Source of the DNA: Octopus sinensis
Taxonomy: Eukaryota
Length of the DNA stretch: 44,090 nt
Reading direction: 5' to 3'
Assembly: GCF_006345805.1 (NCBI RefSeq)
Contig: NW_021834939.1
Span: 1-44,090, forward strand
Every line of letters starts with the position of its first letter. The stretch's first letter is position 1. The notes under the pieces were generated by a model. The model saw nothing but the letters and a program-made list of their open reading frames with translations. It was not told where the DNA came from and made no database searches. Positions 24,591-36,638 of this stretch are shown here, piece after piece. The position numbers and the translations under genes are program-made.

Positions 24591-25220
24591 TGTGTTTATA
24601 AATGTAAATGTTATGTGCTTCAAACATTATTGATGTCTGTGTACAAACAGGTGGGTCTGTGTATATGTGTCTGTGTTTGTGTGATGTTACGTGTGCGTGC
24701 ATGTGTACGCGTATCTCTTTTTCATTGACGATGGTTTCCTTATATTCAGCAGCTTACATGTGTTATTCAGCAGCTTACATCGTCCAAACACAACTACGAT
24801 ATATATCTCTGCAGAACCCTCCGGGTTATTAACCATTTCTTTCCGTTCATCTTTCAAAATGCAAAGCGATGCTTTTTATATAAGTGCATTGCGACAGCGG
24901 GTATTTTGGAAAGTCACTGCAGGCATCTACGAATATCTACAGGAATACGTTACCAGGGAAATAGACTTCAGGAGTCAGAGTGAACAAACTCCAGTAATAC
25001 GTACAGATAATACAATGATCAACTAATCTACTGCAATTCAAATGATAGAGCATGGTTCTAATAACAAGTCATGATATAGATTTATATTTACTGTGTTCGT
25101 GGGAGTAAACTACAGCCAGAGAGCTGCAAATGTCGTTTACTCACGTACACTCACACACACACACACACTAAAATATATACTTATTATGCCCAAGCAAGTA
25201 TGTATATATATATATATATA

Positions 25221-25642
25221 GGCTTAGGAGTGGCTGTGTGGTAAGTAGCTTGCTTACCAACCACATGGTTCCGGGTTCAGTCCCACTGCGTGGCATCTTG
25301 GGCAAGTGTCTTCTGCTATAGCCCCGGGCCGACCAATGCCTTGTGAGGGGATTTGGTAGACGGAAACTGAAAGAAGCCTGTCGTATATATGTATATATAT
25401 ATATAAGTGTGTGTGTGTGTGTGTGTATGTTTGTGTCGGTGTTTGTCCCCCTAGCATTGCTTAACAACCGATGCTGGTGTGTTTACGTCCCCGTCACTTA
25501 GCGGTTCGGCTAAAGAGAGATAGAATAAGTACTGGGCTTACAAAGAATAAGTCCCGGGGTCGATTTGCTCGACTAAAGGCGGTGCTCCAGCATGGCCACA
25601 GTCAAATGACTGAAAAAAGTAAAAGAGTAAAAGAGTAAAGAG
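25221..25642 (+). mobile_element. SINE family B, full length
   Basis: tRNA-like head, internal (TA)(TG), (aaaagagt)n tail. Confidence 0.92.
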
Positions 25643-26118
25643 TATATATATATACACCAGTTCGAAAATAGACATACCAACAGAGCAGAACAACCACCAA
25701 GAAATCCAAACATACTCTACACCAGAAAAATGCATTTAAAACGCACCCCACACTACCTACACCAACCCCAAAACACTTATAGGGTCCCACCACACCATTC
25801 CACGAACCTAAGAGCCACACCATACAATACTATAAAATACAACCCACATAACCAAACCAAAACGCTACTACCAAACATCCACCCCAGGAACCAACCATAC
25901 AACCATAACAAACAACAAATGCACTACGGAGGAAACAACTACCAACACAATATACCTGAGGAACTAAGACGGAACACTAGGTTCAACAACAGACTCCAGA
26001 ACAGAGCACCACAAACTCACTCTGACAATTATAACAACATGAGACAGATAAATAATAGCTTTGAACATAACTACACCAACCATTTTTTAGACCTTACACA
26101 CAGGAACAGGGACACACG

Positions 26119-28409
26119 ATGGCAAAGGACAAACAAAAGAAACCTCAGGTAATTAAGATAATCAATCTCTCAAACAAAGAACTTACACCTAACGAAATAA
26201 GCATACTCTCCAAAGGACTTAAATTTACACCTACCCCACAACGTTCTAATTACTATGAAATGAAAGATGATATTTCGGAATTTTGCAGAAAACTAAGACT
26301 CACCGAGGCATTTCAAGACAAACAAATAGAGGAGGACTCAATAGCTAGAAACAAGAGCAATTACACCCCCACCAAGGGTAAGAATAAAGCCTTAGACCGC
26401 TATTGTGACTACATAGCTAATTTCCCGTTTCAATTCATCAAGAAACAAAAACACAGCCCTAACTTCAACAAAAGAGAATGGAACGACCTCATCAAACTAA
26501 GAGAAGACAAAACAATAACAATTAAGGAGGCAGATAAGGGCAACGCGATAGTAATTATGAATACAAACGATTATAAAAATTTAGTGCTATCCCTATTAAG
26601 AGATGAAACGTATTATGAAGGGTCCAACAGTATAACCAGCAAAAATAATGCATAACCTTAGGACATTAATCAACACATACCAAGAAGGACTCACGAACAA
26701 GGAGTATGAATACATCACTAACTTCAAATGCAAATCGAGTTTGTTCTATGGTATCCCTAAGGTACACAAAAGCCAAACCATTAGAGAAACGTGCAAAACA
26801 TCCACCGACACACTCATCAAAATCCCTTCACCAAATGATCTTAAACTAAGACCGATAATAGCAGGGCCAGCATGTGAAACTCACCGCCTCAGCAATTTCT
26901 TAGACACACTTCTTAAACCTTTCCTAAAACACATCAAAAGCTACGTAAGAGACGATATAGATATGCTCAACCACCTCCCTAAAACAGTCAATGAGAAAAC
27001 CCTTCTAGTATCATTCGACGTAGTTAATCTTTATTCTAACATCCCTCACAACCTAGGAATAGAAGCGATCACCTTCTGGCTGAATAACTACCCCTTTGAA
27101 CTCCCAACTCGCATAAACAAAGACCTTATAATAGAAGGACTTAGATTCATTTTAGAGAACAATTATTTTATTTTTGACAATGATTTCTACAGGCAAAGAT
27201 CGGGAACAGCGATGGGCACGCGTACTGCACCATCTTTTGCCAACCTAGTGATGGTATCTCGAGAAAATACTATACCGGATGACACTCGAGAAATATGGAA
27301 ACACCTTCGCCACCTATATCCATAACAACTGGAAAAGATACCTCGATGACTGTTTCATCATCTGGGACAAAGGTATAGAGAAACTTGAGGAATTTAAAAT
27401 ACTATTAAATGGAATAATGACAATATACAATTCACGATGGACCACAACGAAAAAGAATTACCATTTTTAGACATCCTCATTAAGAAAACCGGCAACAAAA
27501 TAGAGACAGATATCTACTATAAACCGACAGACTCTAACAGTACCTACCCTTTGATTCATGCCACCCACGACACACTAGAATGAATGTCCCTTTTTGTTTA
27601 GCTAGAGGATTTGCACCATAATATCAGACACAAACACCCGACACACACGTCTCCAGGAACTTAGAACCACACTCACAAATAGAAACTATCCACAGCCCCT
27701 AATAGACAGTGCAATCCAACGGGTACTTAAATTAAGTATAGAAGACCTGAGACAAACAAAACCAAAAAAGAAAGAACAATTAAAAACCCTTCCCTACATC
27801 TCTACACACAACCCACTCAACAATGAGGCCTTCAACACCATACTACAAAGCACAGCCCTACTAAAGGTAGACCCAAAGATGAACCGGATCCTCGAAACAC
27901 ACACCATCATTAAAAGTAAACGGCAACCAAAATCCTTGAAAAGGATTTTAACCCAAGCTACACTGCACTCAACATCAACCACAAAACCAGCAGTTAGAAA
28001 ATGTGGAAGGCCCAACTGCGGAATCTGTGTCATCTTGAAAGAAGGATCAGAATTTATACTGGAACAAGGCCACCAGTTCACCATTAGAACAAACTTTACC
28101 TGCGCATCAGAAAACTTAATTTACGTCATAACATGCGCAGGCTGAAATAAGCAGTATATAGGCCATACAAAAAATAGCTTACGTAACAGGATGGCGGTGC
28201 ATAAATCACAAATTAGAAACCCTGATTACCGCAAAATACCGGTCAGCGGACACATAGATAGATGTGCTGGAAATGTAAATCCGAAATTTACAACTAACCC
28301 GCTCTATAAATTCAGTGACAACGCAACCTTCACACAACGCCAAAATAAAGAACTATATTTCATAAAAAAATTTAGACCAAGTTTAAACACCCTGGGCCAA
28401 GAATACTAA
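26119..28409 (+). pseudogene. PLE reverse transcriptase + GIY-YIG endonuclease ORF, broken by frameshifts and stops
   Basis: ORF-track pieces 26119..26655, 26648..27325, 27279..27470, 27879..28145 and 28191..28409. Confidence 0.94.
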
Positions 28410-28577
28410 AACAAAAGATAAGTCCACCGAAAAGGAGAAGCAAAATTCCACCACGGCCGCTACTTTAAACAGACACTCGCTCTGACGGAAATATGCCTTA
28501 GTAAAAAAGGAAAAAAATTCTTTCGTGCAAATCTGACCCTGATACATACGATACAGCTAAGGGTCAGACCCGATTCT

Positions 28578-28949
28578 GATTGGTCAACAAGTTGATGACG
28601 TCTAGCTCTGCTAGAATGGACAGGATACAAACAGGGGACAGTCATTAGTCAGAATATTGATGACGTCCTTTTCTGCTTGACTAGTCACCTAACAAGTACA
28701 GACAGTGGGCAGATCTAATGTAGCTATAAGTCGTGATTGGGCAGAATCTGGATGACGTCCCGTTCTGCTTGACTAACGAAGCGACTGGTCAAAACAGGAA
28801 ACAAACAAGAGGCAGTTATAATGCAGCGATTGGTCAAAATAATGATGACGTCCCGTTCTGCTTGACTAAAGCCACCTAACGAAACGATTGGTCAAAACGT
28901 TGATGACGTCACGCTACGCTGGATTGACCACCTAACAGGCATTATAAAA
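28578..28949 (+). promoter_or_regulatory. pLTR Pol II promoter: five inverted-CCAAT + CRE modules and a TATA box
   Basis: gattgg at 28578, 28735, 28828, 28886 (variant cattag at 28643), each followed 18 nt later by TGACGTC (28596, 28661, 28753, 28846, 28904); TATAAAA 28943-28949; ccaccATGG 28992-29000. Confidence 0.65.
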
Positions 28950-29283
28950 CCGAGCACTTCACAAAACCCACTAGAACCACCCAGCGAACATCCACCATGG
29001 GTCATCACAATTGCTTAAGGTAAAAATGAATTCCTCGCTCTTTCGGAAACATCTGTATTGACCGCTTTCCACCACTTTGATCTGTTTTTTGTATTGAATA
29101 CGTATCGCCACCGTGGGCCACTGCATCGAACACTTTGAACATATACTTCAAACTATATATCAACTATACATGAACTATATATCAACTATACATGAACTCT
29201 AAGATGTCTGACTCCGTTGTGTATTATAAATGAATTTCTTGTGTTTGACGGCATGAGCTGTCTTTTTTTATATATAACTTTTT

Positions 29284-29317
29284 TTGATAAGGTTCTTTTC
29301 AGGAACTGAAACATGTT
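29284..29317 (+). ncRNA. Decayed hammerhead relic at the PLE 3' end
   Basis: TTGATAA-GGTTC-ttttcag-GAACT-GAAA-CATG-TT; two core substitutions; palindromic AACATGTT stem III. Confidence 0.55.
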
Positions 29318-29351
29318 ATAATGTATATATAAAAATTAAAAATTGTATAAT

Positions 29352-29388
<37 letters not shown>

Positions 29389-29454
29389 ATGATAAACGTC
29401 AATATTAGTAGGAGCTAGAGGTCATGTTTGGCAGGGAGAGCTATGCCAAAGACT

Positions 29455-29745
29455 TCTCTTTCTCCCTCCATCTCTCTCCCTCTATCTCTCTCCCTCCATC
29501 TCCCTCCATTTCTCCCCTTCACTCTCTCCTTCACTCTCTCCTTCACACTCTCATTCTCTCTCACTTCTCTCTCCCTCCCTATCTCTTCTGTCTCCATCCC
29601 CCTCCATCCCTCTCTGTCTCCATCCCTCTCCCTCTCTGTCTGACTCCCTCCTTCTCTGTCTCCCTCCCTTTCATTCTGTCTCCCTCCCTCTCATTCTGTC
29701 TTCCTCCCTCTGCCTCCCTCTCCCTCAGTCTCCGTCTCCTCCTAT
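29455..29745. repeat. CT-rich polypyrimidine/polypurine low-complexity tract
   Basis: Direct reading. Confidence 0.95.
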
Positions 29746-29962
29746 GCACTGACACCTACCTAAACTTCAGAAAGGAAATTTTCAACTCATGTCCACATGA
29801 CAGGAAAATAAACCTGTTGTTAAAATCCCGGAGGAATGCATGATGATTGTAAACATTAGACCTTCCAGTATCAATACTTCCTAAGACTCTAGTCTGAGAT
29901 TTTAGCACAACAAACGTATTATACAGAAACGCGCTCACACAGAGGCACGTCCTGACTTGCAT

Positions 29963-30003
<41 letters not shown>

Positions 30004-30109
30004 TATACATACACATACCCACAAATGGTTTAAAAGTGGATCCCACAACACCCTTTTTACAGTACTCACATCATTCCCATACCATCCTTGCACAAACGGC
30101 AACTCCACT

Positions 30110-30233
30110 TTCATCATCAGCATTGTTCGACCGTGGTCGAGACAATGGAATTTACCATGCTACGCCAGACTTCACGGTCTATCATGGCATTACGGAGGTC
30201 CTGTTGCTGGATGCCTGTATCCCTGGAGATTAC
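30110..30233 (-). pseudogene. RTE-clade LINE 3' end
   Basis: VISRDTGIQQQDLRNAMIDREVWRSMVNSIVSTTVEQC, then a TGA-TGA-TGA tail. Confidence 0.8.
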
Positions 30234-30783
30234 TCTACTTTACAGATAGTCTATTCTTGGGTAAGGGGCAGGCATAGCTGGCGATGAATTCTTTCTGAAT
30301 TTATTGTAAATATTTAGGTCCTATACATCCAGATATTTTACTAGAATTTGTGTGTTATGTTGGCCTTTGTGTATTTCTGTGAATCACTCACGTAAACATT
30401 CAAATTCCCCCAGGAAAAGGCTCTAGTATTCCCTGCAAGTATAGACATCATCGCAGGAGAACTGACGCCTGCATACGTTATCATATCAGAGACAATGCAA
30501 TTACCCCATGTGTTTACATTTACGATAGTGTACCACGAGGGCGCCAGGTTGATTACAGCTGTAATTATGAATTATGGGACTTCAGTGTGTGAAAGAACAT
30601 TTATCAAATTGAATGGTTTATTCAAATCTATCGAGACTAAACCAAATTCCACTCAGGATATCACACTTCTGGCTACAAGTTTCTTGTCAATTAGATGTTG
30701 CCAACATATGCTCACACTCCCCTGGTTCCATCTGAATATTCATCTGATGATATTGTTCCTATTAGTGTTATCTTGGTGGAACA

Positions 30784-31180
30784 TCTTTATGTATAAAAGT
30801 GAAGTTGTGTATCTGTCTCCTACGATTTAGATTCCTAACTACTCCCACATTTTGCAGTACAGTTTAACCAAAACCGGGTATCTTATAGTCGTGATTCATA
30901 TCGAGCCCTTCTGGGTATTAGCGCGCGTCTACGATTAGTCTAAGATTTTAAAAAACAATTACCATCATTTTTTTCCATTTTAATGCATTTTTTCGCTATT
31001 ATATAAGGGAAGTAACTCTCTAAAAATGTCTACGATGAGTCAACGATTTAAAAAAAATTTACCATCATTTCTTTTCCATATTTAATGTAATTTTTTGCTA
31101 CTTTTTGGCTATAACTCTCTAAAAATGCTTATATAGTTATTTCCCTTACAAAACCGAGCAACGCCGGGCGATACTGCTAG
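30784..31180 (+). mobile_element. Non-autonomous Helitron-like element
   Basis: a|TC...ccgagcaacgccggg..CTAG|t; homologous to 5029-5517. Confidence 0.8.
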
Positions 31181-31661
31181 TATTTTATATATTAGATGTT
31201 CTTGGTTTGTGAATGGCTTTATCCTTTGGTGCTCGATATTTTCCTACCAATTATGATCAGATTTTTATCTTTCAATTTCGAGTGAGAAATTGCGAGAATG
31301 TGTTAGTTAAATATTCCCCAGAAGAATTCAGTTTTGTACAACATTCGCAAACAATCACTTCTTTTCTTGGAAGGTACTTACCCTAATATTTTCTCTCAAT
31401 CTCCAAGATATCGCGAATGGTACTTTATGATTTTGGCGTAATGCACAAAGTATATTTCTTTCTTGCGGAATTGAATCCTCGTTAAACTCCTTATCCTCAT
31501 TCCAATCATTTCTCGCCAGTAAATCCATATCTTTCAACAATGACTGTCTACTGTATCTATTGCCAGCTTTTTATGCAACTGGAGATTCATGATTAATTGT
31601 AACTAATTTGATTGTAATATATGTATATTAAGAAGTGATGTTCCTTTTTCTATTTCAAAAT

Positions 31662-32033
31662 ATGTTCCGGGTTAAGTCCCACTGCATGGCATCTTGGGCA
31701 AGTGACTTCTGCTATAGCCCCGGGCCGAACAATGCCTTGTGAGTGGATTTGGTAGACGGAAACTGAAAGAAGCCTGTCGTATATATGTATATATATATAT
31801 ATATAAATGTGTGTGTATGTGTTTGTGTGTCTGTGTTTGTCCCCCTAGCATTGTTTGGCAACCGATGCCGATGTGTTTACGTCCCCGTCACTTAGCGGTT
31901 CGGCAAAAGAGACCGATAGAATAAGTACTGGGCTTACAAAGAATAAGTCACGGGGTCGATTTGCTCGACTAAAGGCGGTGCTCCAGCATGGCCGCAGTCA
32001 AATGACTGAAACAAGTAAAAGAGTAAAAGAGAG
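31662..32033 (+). mobile_element. SINE family B, 5'-truncated
   Basis: Homology to the other B copies. Confidence 0.9.
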
Positions 32034-32067
32034 TATGTTCTCCCATATTATTAACATTTCAACCAGA

Positions 32068-32975
32068 GAGGCAAGCTGGCAGAAACGTTAGCATACCGGG
32101 CGAAATGCTTAGTGGTATTTCGTCTGCCGTTACGTTGTAAGTTCAAATTCCGCCGAGGCCGACTTTGCCTTTCATCCTTTCGGGGTCGATTAAATAAGTA
32201 CCAGTTACGCACCGGGGTCGATATAATCGACTTAATCCGTTTGTCTGATCTTGTTTGTCCCCCCTGTGTTTAGCCCCTTGTGGGTAGTAAAAAAAATAGG
32301 TATTTCGTCTGCCGCTACGTTCTGAGTTCAAATTCGCCGACATTGCCTTTCAATTCTTTCAGGGTCGATTAAATAAGTACCAGTTACGCACTGGGGTCGA
32401 TGTAATCGACTTAATCCCTTTGCCTCTTCTTGTGTGTCCCCTCTATGTTTATCCTCCTGTGGGCAATAAAGAAATAAATATATGTATATTAAGAAATAAT
32501 TCTCCTTTTTCTCTTTCAAAATATGTTCTCGTAGTATTAAGCATTTCAATCGAGGTAGCGAGCTGGCAGAGTCGTTAGCATACTGGACAAAATCCTCTGC
32601 GGCATTTCGTCCATCTTTACGTTCCGAGTTCAAACTCCGCCGAGGTCGGCTTTGCATTTCATTATATCGGGGTCGATAAAGTAAGTACCTATTTCATTAT
32701 TACACAGAGAGGACAAACAAGGACAGACAAACGGATTAAGTCGATTATATCGACCCCAGTGCGTAATTGGAACTTATTTAATCGACCCCGAGAGGATGAA
32801 AGGCAAAGTCGACCTCGGCGGAATTTCAACTCAGAACGTAACGGCAGACGAAATACGGCTACGCATTTCACCCGGCGTGCTAACGTTTCTGCCAGCTCGT
32901 CGTACCAGCTGAGTACTAACGTCGATGTTATCGACTTTCCCTCCTCCCTCAAAGTCCCCGGCCTTGAACCAAATT
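32068..32975. mobile_element. Cluster of family-A SINEs: head-to-tail dimer, plus a minus-strand copy nested in a plus-strand copy
   Basis: Dimer 32068-32476; plus copy 32553-32689 resumes at ~32902; minus copy 32690-32901. Confidence 0.85.
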
Positions 32976-33143
32976 TTAAAACCGTTATTATTAACATTGA
33001 AATTGTTGTTAGTACGAAATGTACCTGTTTCTTTGTCGCCTTAACGCTACATGCATTGTCACATTCCATAAGCTAGTTCTTTAATTATACTGATCCAATT
33101 TGGTATTTTTGTTATCATTTTGTCGTTGTATATTTGTTCAGTA

Positions 33144-33524
33144 GTGGAGGCGCAATGGCCCTGTGGTTAGGGCAGAGGACTCGCGGTCGTAGGATCGCGG
33201 TTTCGATTCCCAGACCGGGCGTTGTGAGTGTTTATTGAGCGAAAACACCTAAAGCCCCACGTGACTCCGGCAGGGATGGTGGTGAACCCTGCTGTACTCT
33301 TTCACCACAACTTTCTCTCACTTTTACTTTCTGTTGTACATGTATTTCAAGGGGCCGGCCTTGTCACTCTCTGTGTCACGCTGAATATCCCCGAGAACTA
33401 CGTTAAGGGTACTCATGTCTGTGGAGTGCTCAGCCACTTACACGTTAATTTCACGAGCAGGCTGTTCCGTTGATTCGGATCAACCGGAACCCTCGTCGTC
33501 GTAACCGACGGAGTGCTTCCTTTT
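33144..33524 (+). mobile_element. tRNA(Arg)-like SINE (third family) with perfect 13-bp TSD
   Basis: ggaggcgcaatggccctgtggttagggc..ggtttcgattccc head; tatttgttcagta at 33131-33143 and 33525-33537. Confidence 0.92.
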
Positions 33525-34020
33525 TATTTGTTCAGTATCTTGAAGACACTGATTAACAGTTACGGAAAGAAATATAAACGCGTGTGTACTAGAATGAAGA
33601 AATATTAGACTGCCTCTATCCCGATCAATAAAGGTTTTATCAACCACCGTTAGATACGATCTGTTTTTTTCGACTCATCTTTGGAAACCAATTATCTTTT
33701 CATTAAGAATAATTTTCATGTCTTCATTTATTTTTTGGCACTCCCAGTTCATGGTAAAGCAATTACCGTGGTTCCTACTATGGTCACTGACGGTAAGAGG
33801 TGACACTGTGTCTGTCTGACTTTAATGTGACGTCGCTCAAGCTGTAAAGATTGCTGTAGGTATGTGTGTTCTATTTACTGGAATATATTTGTTTCCTATA
33901 TTTAAGGACGATTCACACTCAGAGGGATCAAATTGGAATAAACAAGCGTCACCTGCTTTCAATAAGTCTCGCTCGCTGCAGTAATCAATCGATACAATAT
34001 GTTGGCTCTGGAGTAAGTTC

Positions 34021-34170
34021 GGCTGTGTGGTAAGTAGCTTGCTTACCAACCACATGGTTCCGGGTTCAATCCTACTGCGTGTCACCATGAGCAAGTGTTT
34101 TCTACTATAGCCTCGGGCTGACCAAAGCCTTGTGAATAGATTTGGCAGACGGAAACTGAAAGAAGCCCGT

Positions 34171-34239
<69 letters not shown>

Positions 34240-35162
34240 TTGTGTGTCTGTGTTTGTGCCCCCAACACCGATGCTGGTGTATTTACGTCCCCGTAACTTA
34301 GCGGTTCGGCAAAAGAGACCGATAGAAAAAGTACTAGGCTTAAAAAGTAATAAGTCGTGGGGTCGATTTGCTCGACTAAAGGTGGTGCTCCAGTATGGCC
34401 GCAGTCAAATGACTGAAACAAGTAAGAGAGTAAAAGAGAAAGTATAAAAAGAGTATATTGCCGAGCGTTCGTATGTTTTTGTTTGTTGCTTTTATTCTTG
34501 TCATTCTAATGGCTTTAGCGTAATTAATCATATAATTACAGTCGTGAAGAAAAGTGTCATCAATGAATATGATCAGAAGGAGTGGCTGTGTGGTAAGTAG
34601 ATTTCTTACGAACCGCATGGTTCCGGGTTCAGTCCCACGGCGTGGCACCTTGGGCAAATGTCTTCTACTATAACCTCGGGCCTACCAAAGCCTTGTGAGT
34701 GGATTTGGTAGACGAAAACTGAAAGAAGCCCGTCGTTTATATGTATGAGTGGCCTTGTGGTAAGTAGCTTGCTTACCAACCACATGGTTCCGGGCTCAGT
34801 CCCACGGCGTGGCACCTTGGGCAAGTGTCTTCTACTATAACCTCGGGCCTACCAGAGCCTTGTGAGTGGATTTGGTAGACGAAAACTGAAAGAATCCCGT
34901 CGTTTATATGTATAAATATATATATGTATGTGTGTATATATGTTTGTGTGTCTGTGTTTGTCCCACCAATATCCATTGGCAACCGATGCTGGTGTCTTTA
35001 CGTCCCTGTAACCTAGCGGTTCGGCAAAAGACACCGATAGAAAAAGTACTAGGCTTCCAAAGGATAAGTCCTGAGGTCGATTTGCTCGACTAAAGGCGGT
35101 GCTCCAGCATGACCACAGTCAAATGACCGAAACAAGTAAAAGAGTAAATGAGTAAAAAGAGT
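34021..35162 (+). mobile_element. Three family-B SINEs (34021-34453, 34579-34740, 34747-35162)
   Basis: Homology to the other B copies. Confidence 0.9.
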
Positions 35163-35447
35163 GGAAGAATAACCTGGTATTTAAGACTGATATCTGCGGC
35201 ATTAAACATTGAAGAAGACGGCGAAAGAAAATTCGTTGAACGCTTTCTCCGCACCAAGCATGCGTTTGTTCACGTTAAGTTTGTAGTTCTTATTTATTGA
35301 TTATATCTCCTCTTTCTGATTGGAGAGTAAGGGTTGTAAAGAAAGGATATTATAAATGCATATATTATAAGTACAGGTTTTCAACATACATCGTCCAAAC
35401 ATTCAAGCATTACATAATTGTAAACTTACATATATTTTTTAATAATA

Positions 35448-35500
<53 letters not shown>

Positions 35501-35501
<1 letters not shown>

Positions 35502-35874
35502 CTATATATATATAAAACTGTAGTTGTGTGAGTGTCTGTCCCCTTCGATTTAGATTCCTAACTACTCCCACATTTTGCGGTGCAGTTTAACCAAAACCGG
35601 GTATTTTGTAGTCGTGATTCATCTCGAGCCCTTACGATGAGTCTACGATTTTAAAAATAATTAACCATCATTTTTTTCCATTTTCATGCATATTTTTTTA
35701 AAGGGAAGTAACTCTCTAAAAATGTCTACGATGAGTCAACGATTTAAAAAAAAATTTACCATCATAATTTTTCCATTTTTAATGCATTTTTTGCTATTTT
35801 TGGCTATAACTCTCTAAAAATGATGTATAGTTATTTCCCTTACAAACCCGAGCAACGCCGGGCGATACTGATAG
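35501..35874 (+). mobile_element. Non-autonomous Helitron-like element next to (ATT)n
   Basis: a|TCtatatata...cccgagcaacgccggg..atag|t (CTAG variant). Confidence 0.75.
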
Positions 35875-36473
35875 TTATTAATATAAGGAAATTAATATCT
35901 AAACTCATCATAAAGATATACCCGTATGAAATAACTTATTGTATTAAAATCCATAATATTCATACTCAAAATCCGTCGTGTTATCTTGTATTCCAGTATA
36001 GTTCATATAGTTAGTTTAGAAATCTGTAAGCTTTGCAGATTTGTATTGCCACTCACGTCGTGATATTCCGCAGTATATGAATTATGAAACCAGATTCCTT
36101 TTTTCCAGGAATCCGTGTTTAACAATTCTTTGATTCAAATGGACACATATCCTGCCATTTCAACAATAATTGATGTAGAGTAGAAAGTGTATTCTGGTTT
36201 GTAGAACACTCATCAATCATCCATAGATATCTTTTTTCTGTGTTGTTGTTGTTATTGTTGTTTGTTTTTCTCTCATTGATATGAAGTAGTTAGCGGATGT
36301 TTACGAGAGATGATCTTTCATTTGTTTCATGTAATTGCACTACGGCCATGCTGGAGCTACCGACATGAAAGGTTTTAGTCAAACAAATCATCGACCCCCA
36401 GATACTTATTCCGTTAATCCTTTTGCCGATTGTCGAGCAGTGGCAGAACGAGTCACAAACATACACAAAGACG

Positions 36474-36506
<33 letters not shown>

Positions 36507-36638
36507 ATACACACACACACACACGCACACATACATACACACACACATCTCAGAGCCTTTTCTTGCAGAGAATATATTCTCATCAGCGTCGTTTGTTAGG
36601 ATTCGGGGATTTTGGATGTTTCCTCTGCAACCATCCCT

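Larger units (their letters stand above)
25655..29356 (+). mobile_element. Near-full-length degenerate Penelope-like element (Neptune-type), 3' pLTR retained
   Basis: IINLSNKELT..LSKGLKFTPTP, ADKG, FYGIPKVHK, LRPII, SFDVVNLY, GTAMG, RYLDD, CGRPNCGIC linker, LIYVITC..QYIG, ending in (TA)n. Confidence 0.95.

Noticed and set aside
30063-30260. Apparent 198-nt symmetric exon with good acceptor (tttttacag) and donor (GTAAGG) and two open frames
   Set aside because: Most of it is the antisense of an RTE LINE C-terminus (DTG..DLRNAMIDREVWR + TGA tail); splice signals are probably fortuitous.
33146-33220. tRNA gene
   Set aside because: tRNA-like head continues into a SINE body with TSD; acceptor stem not intact.
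33908-33985. Possible exon after tatttaag
   Set aside because: Weak signals, two open frames, no recognisable peptide.
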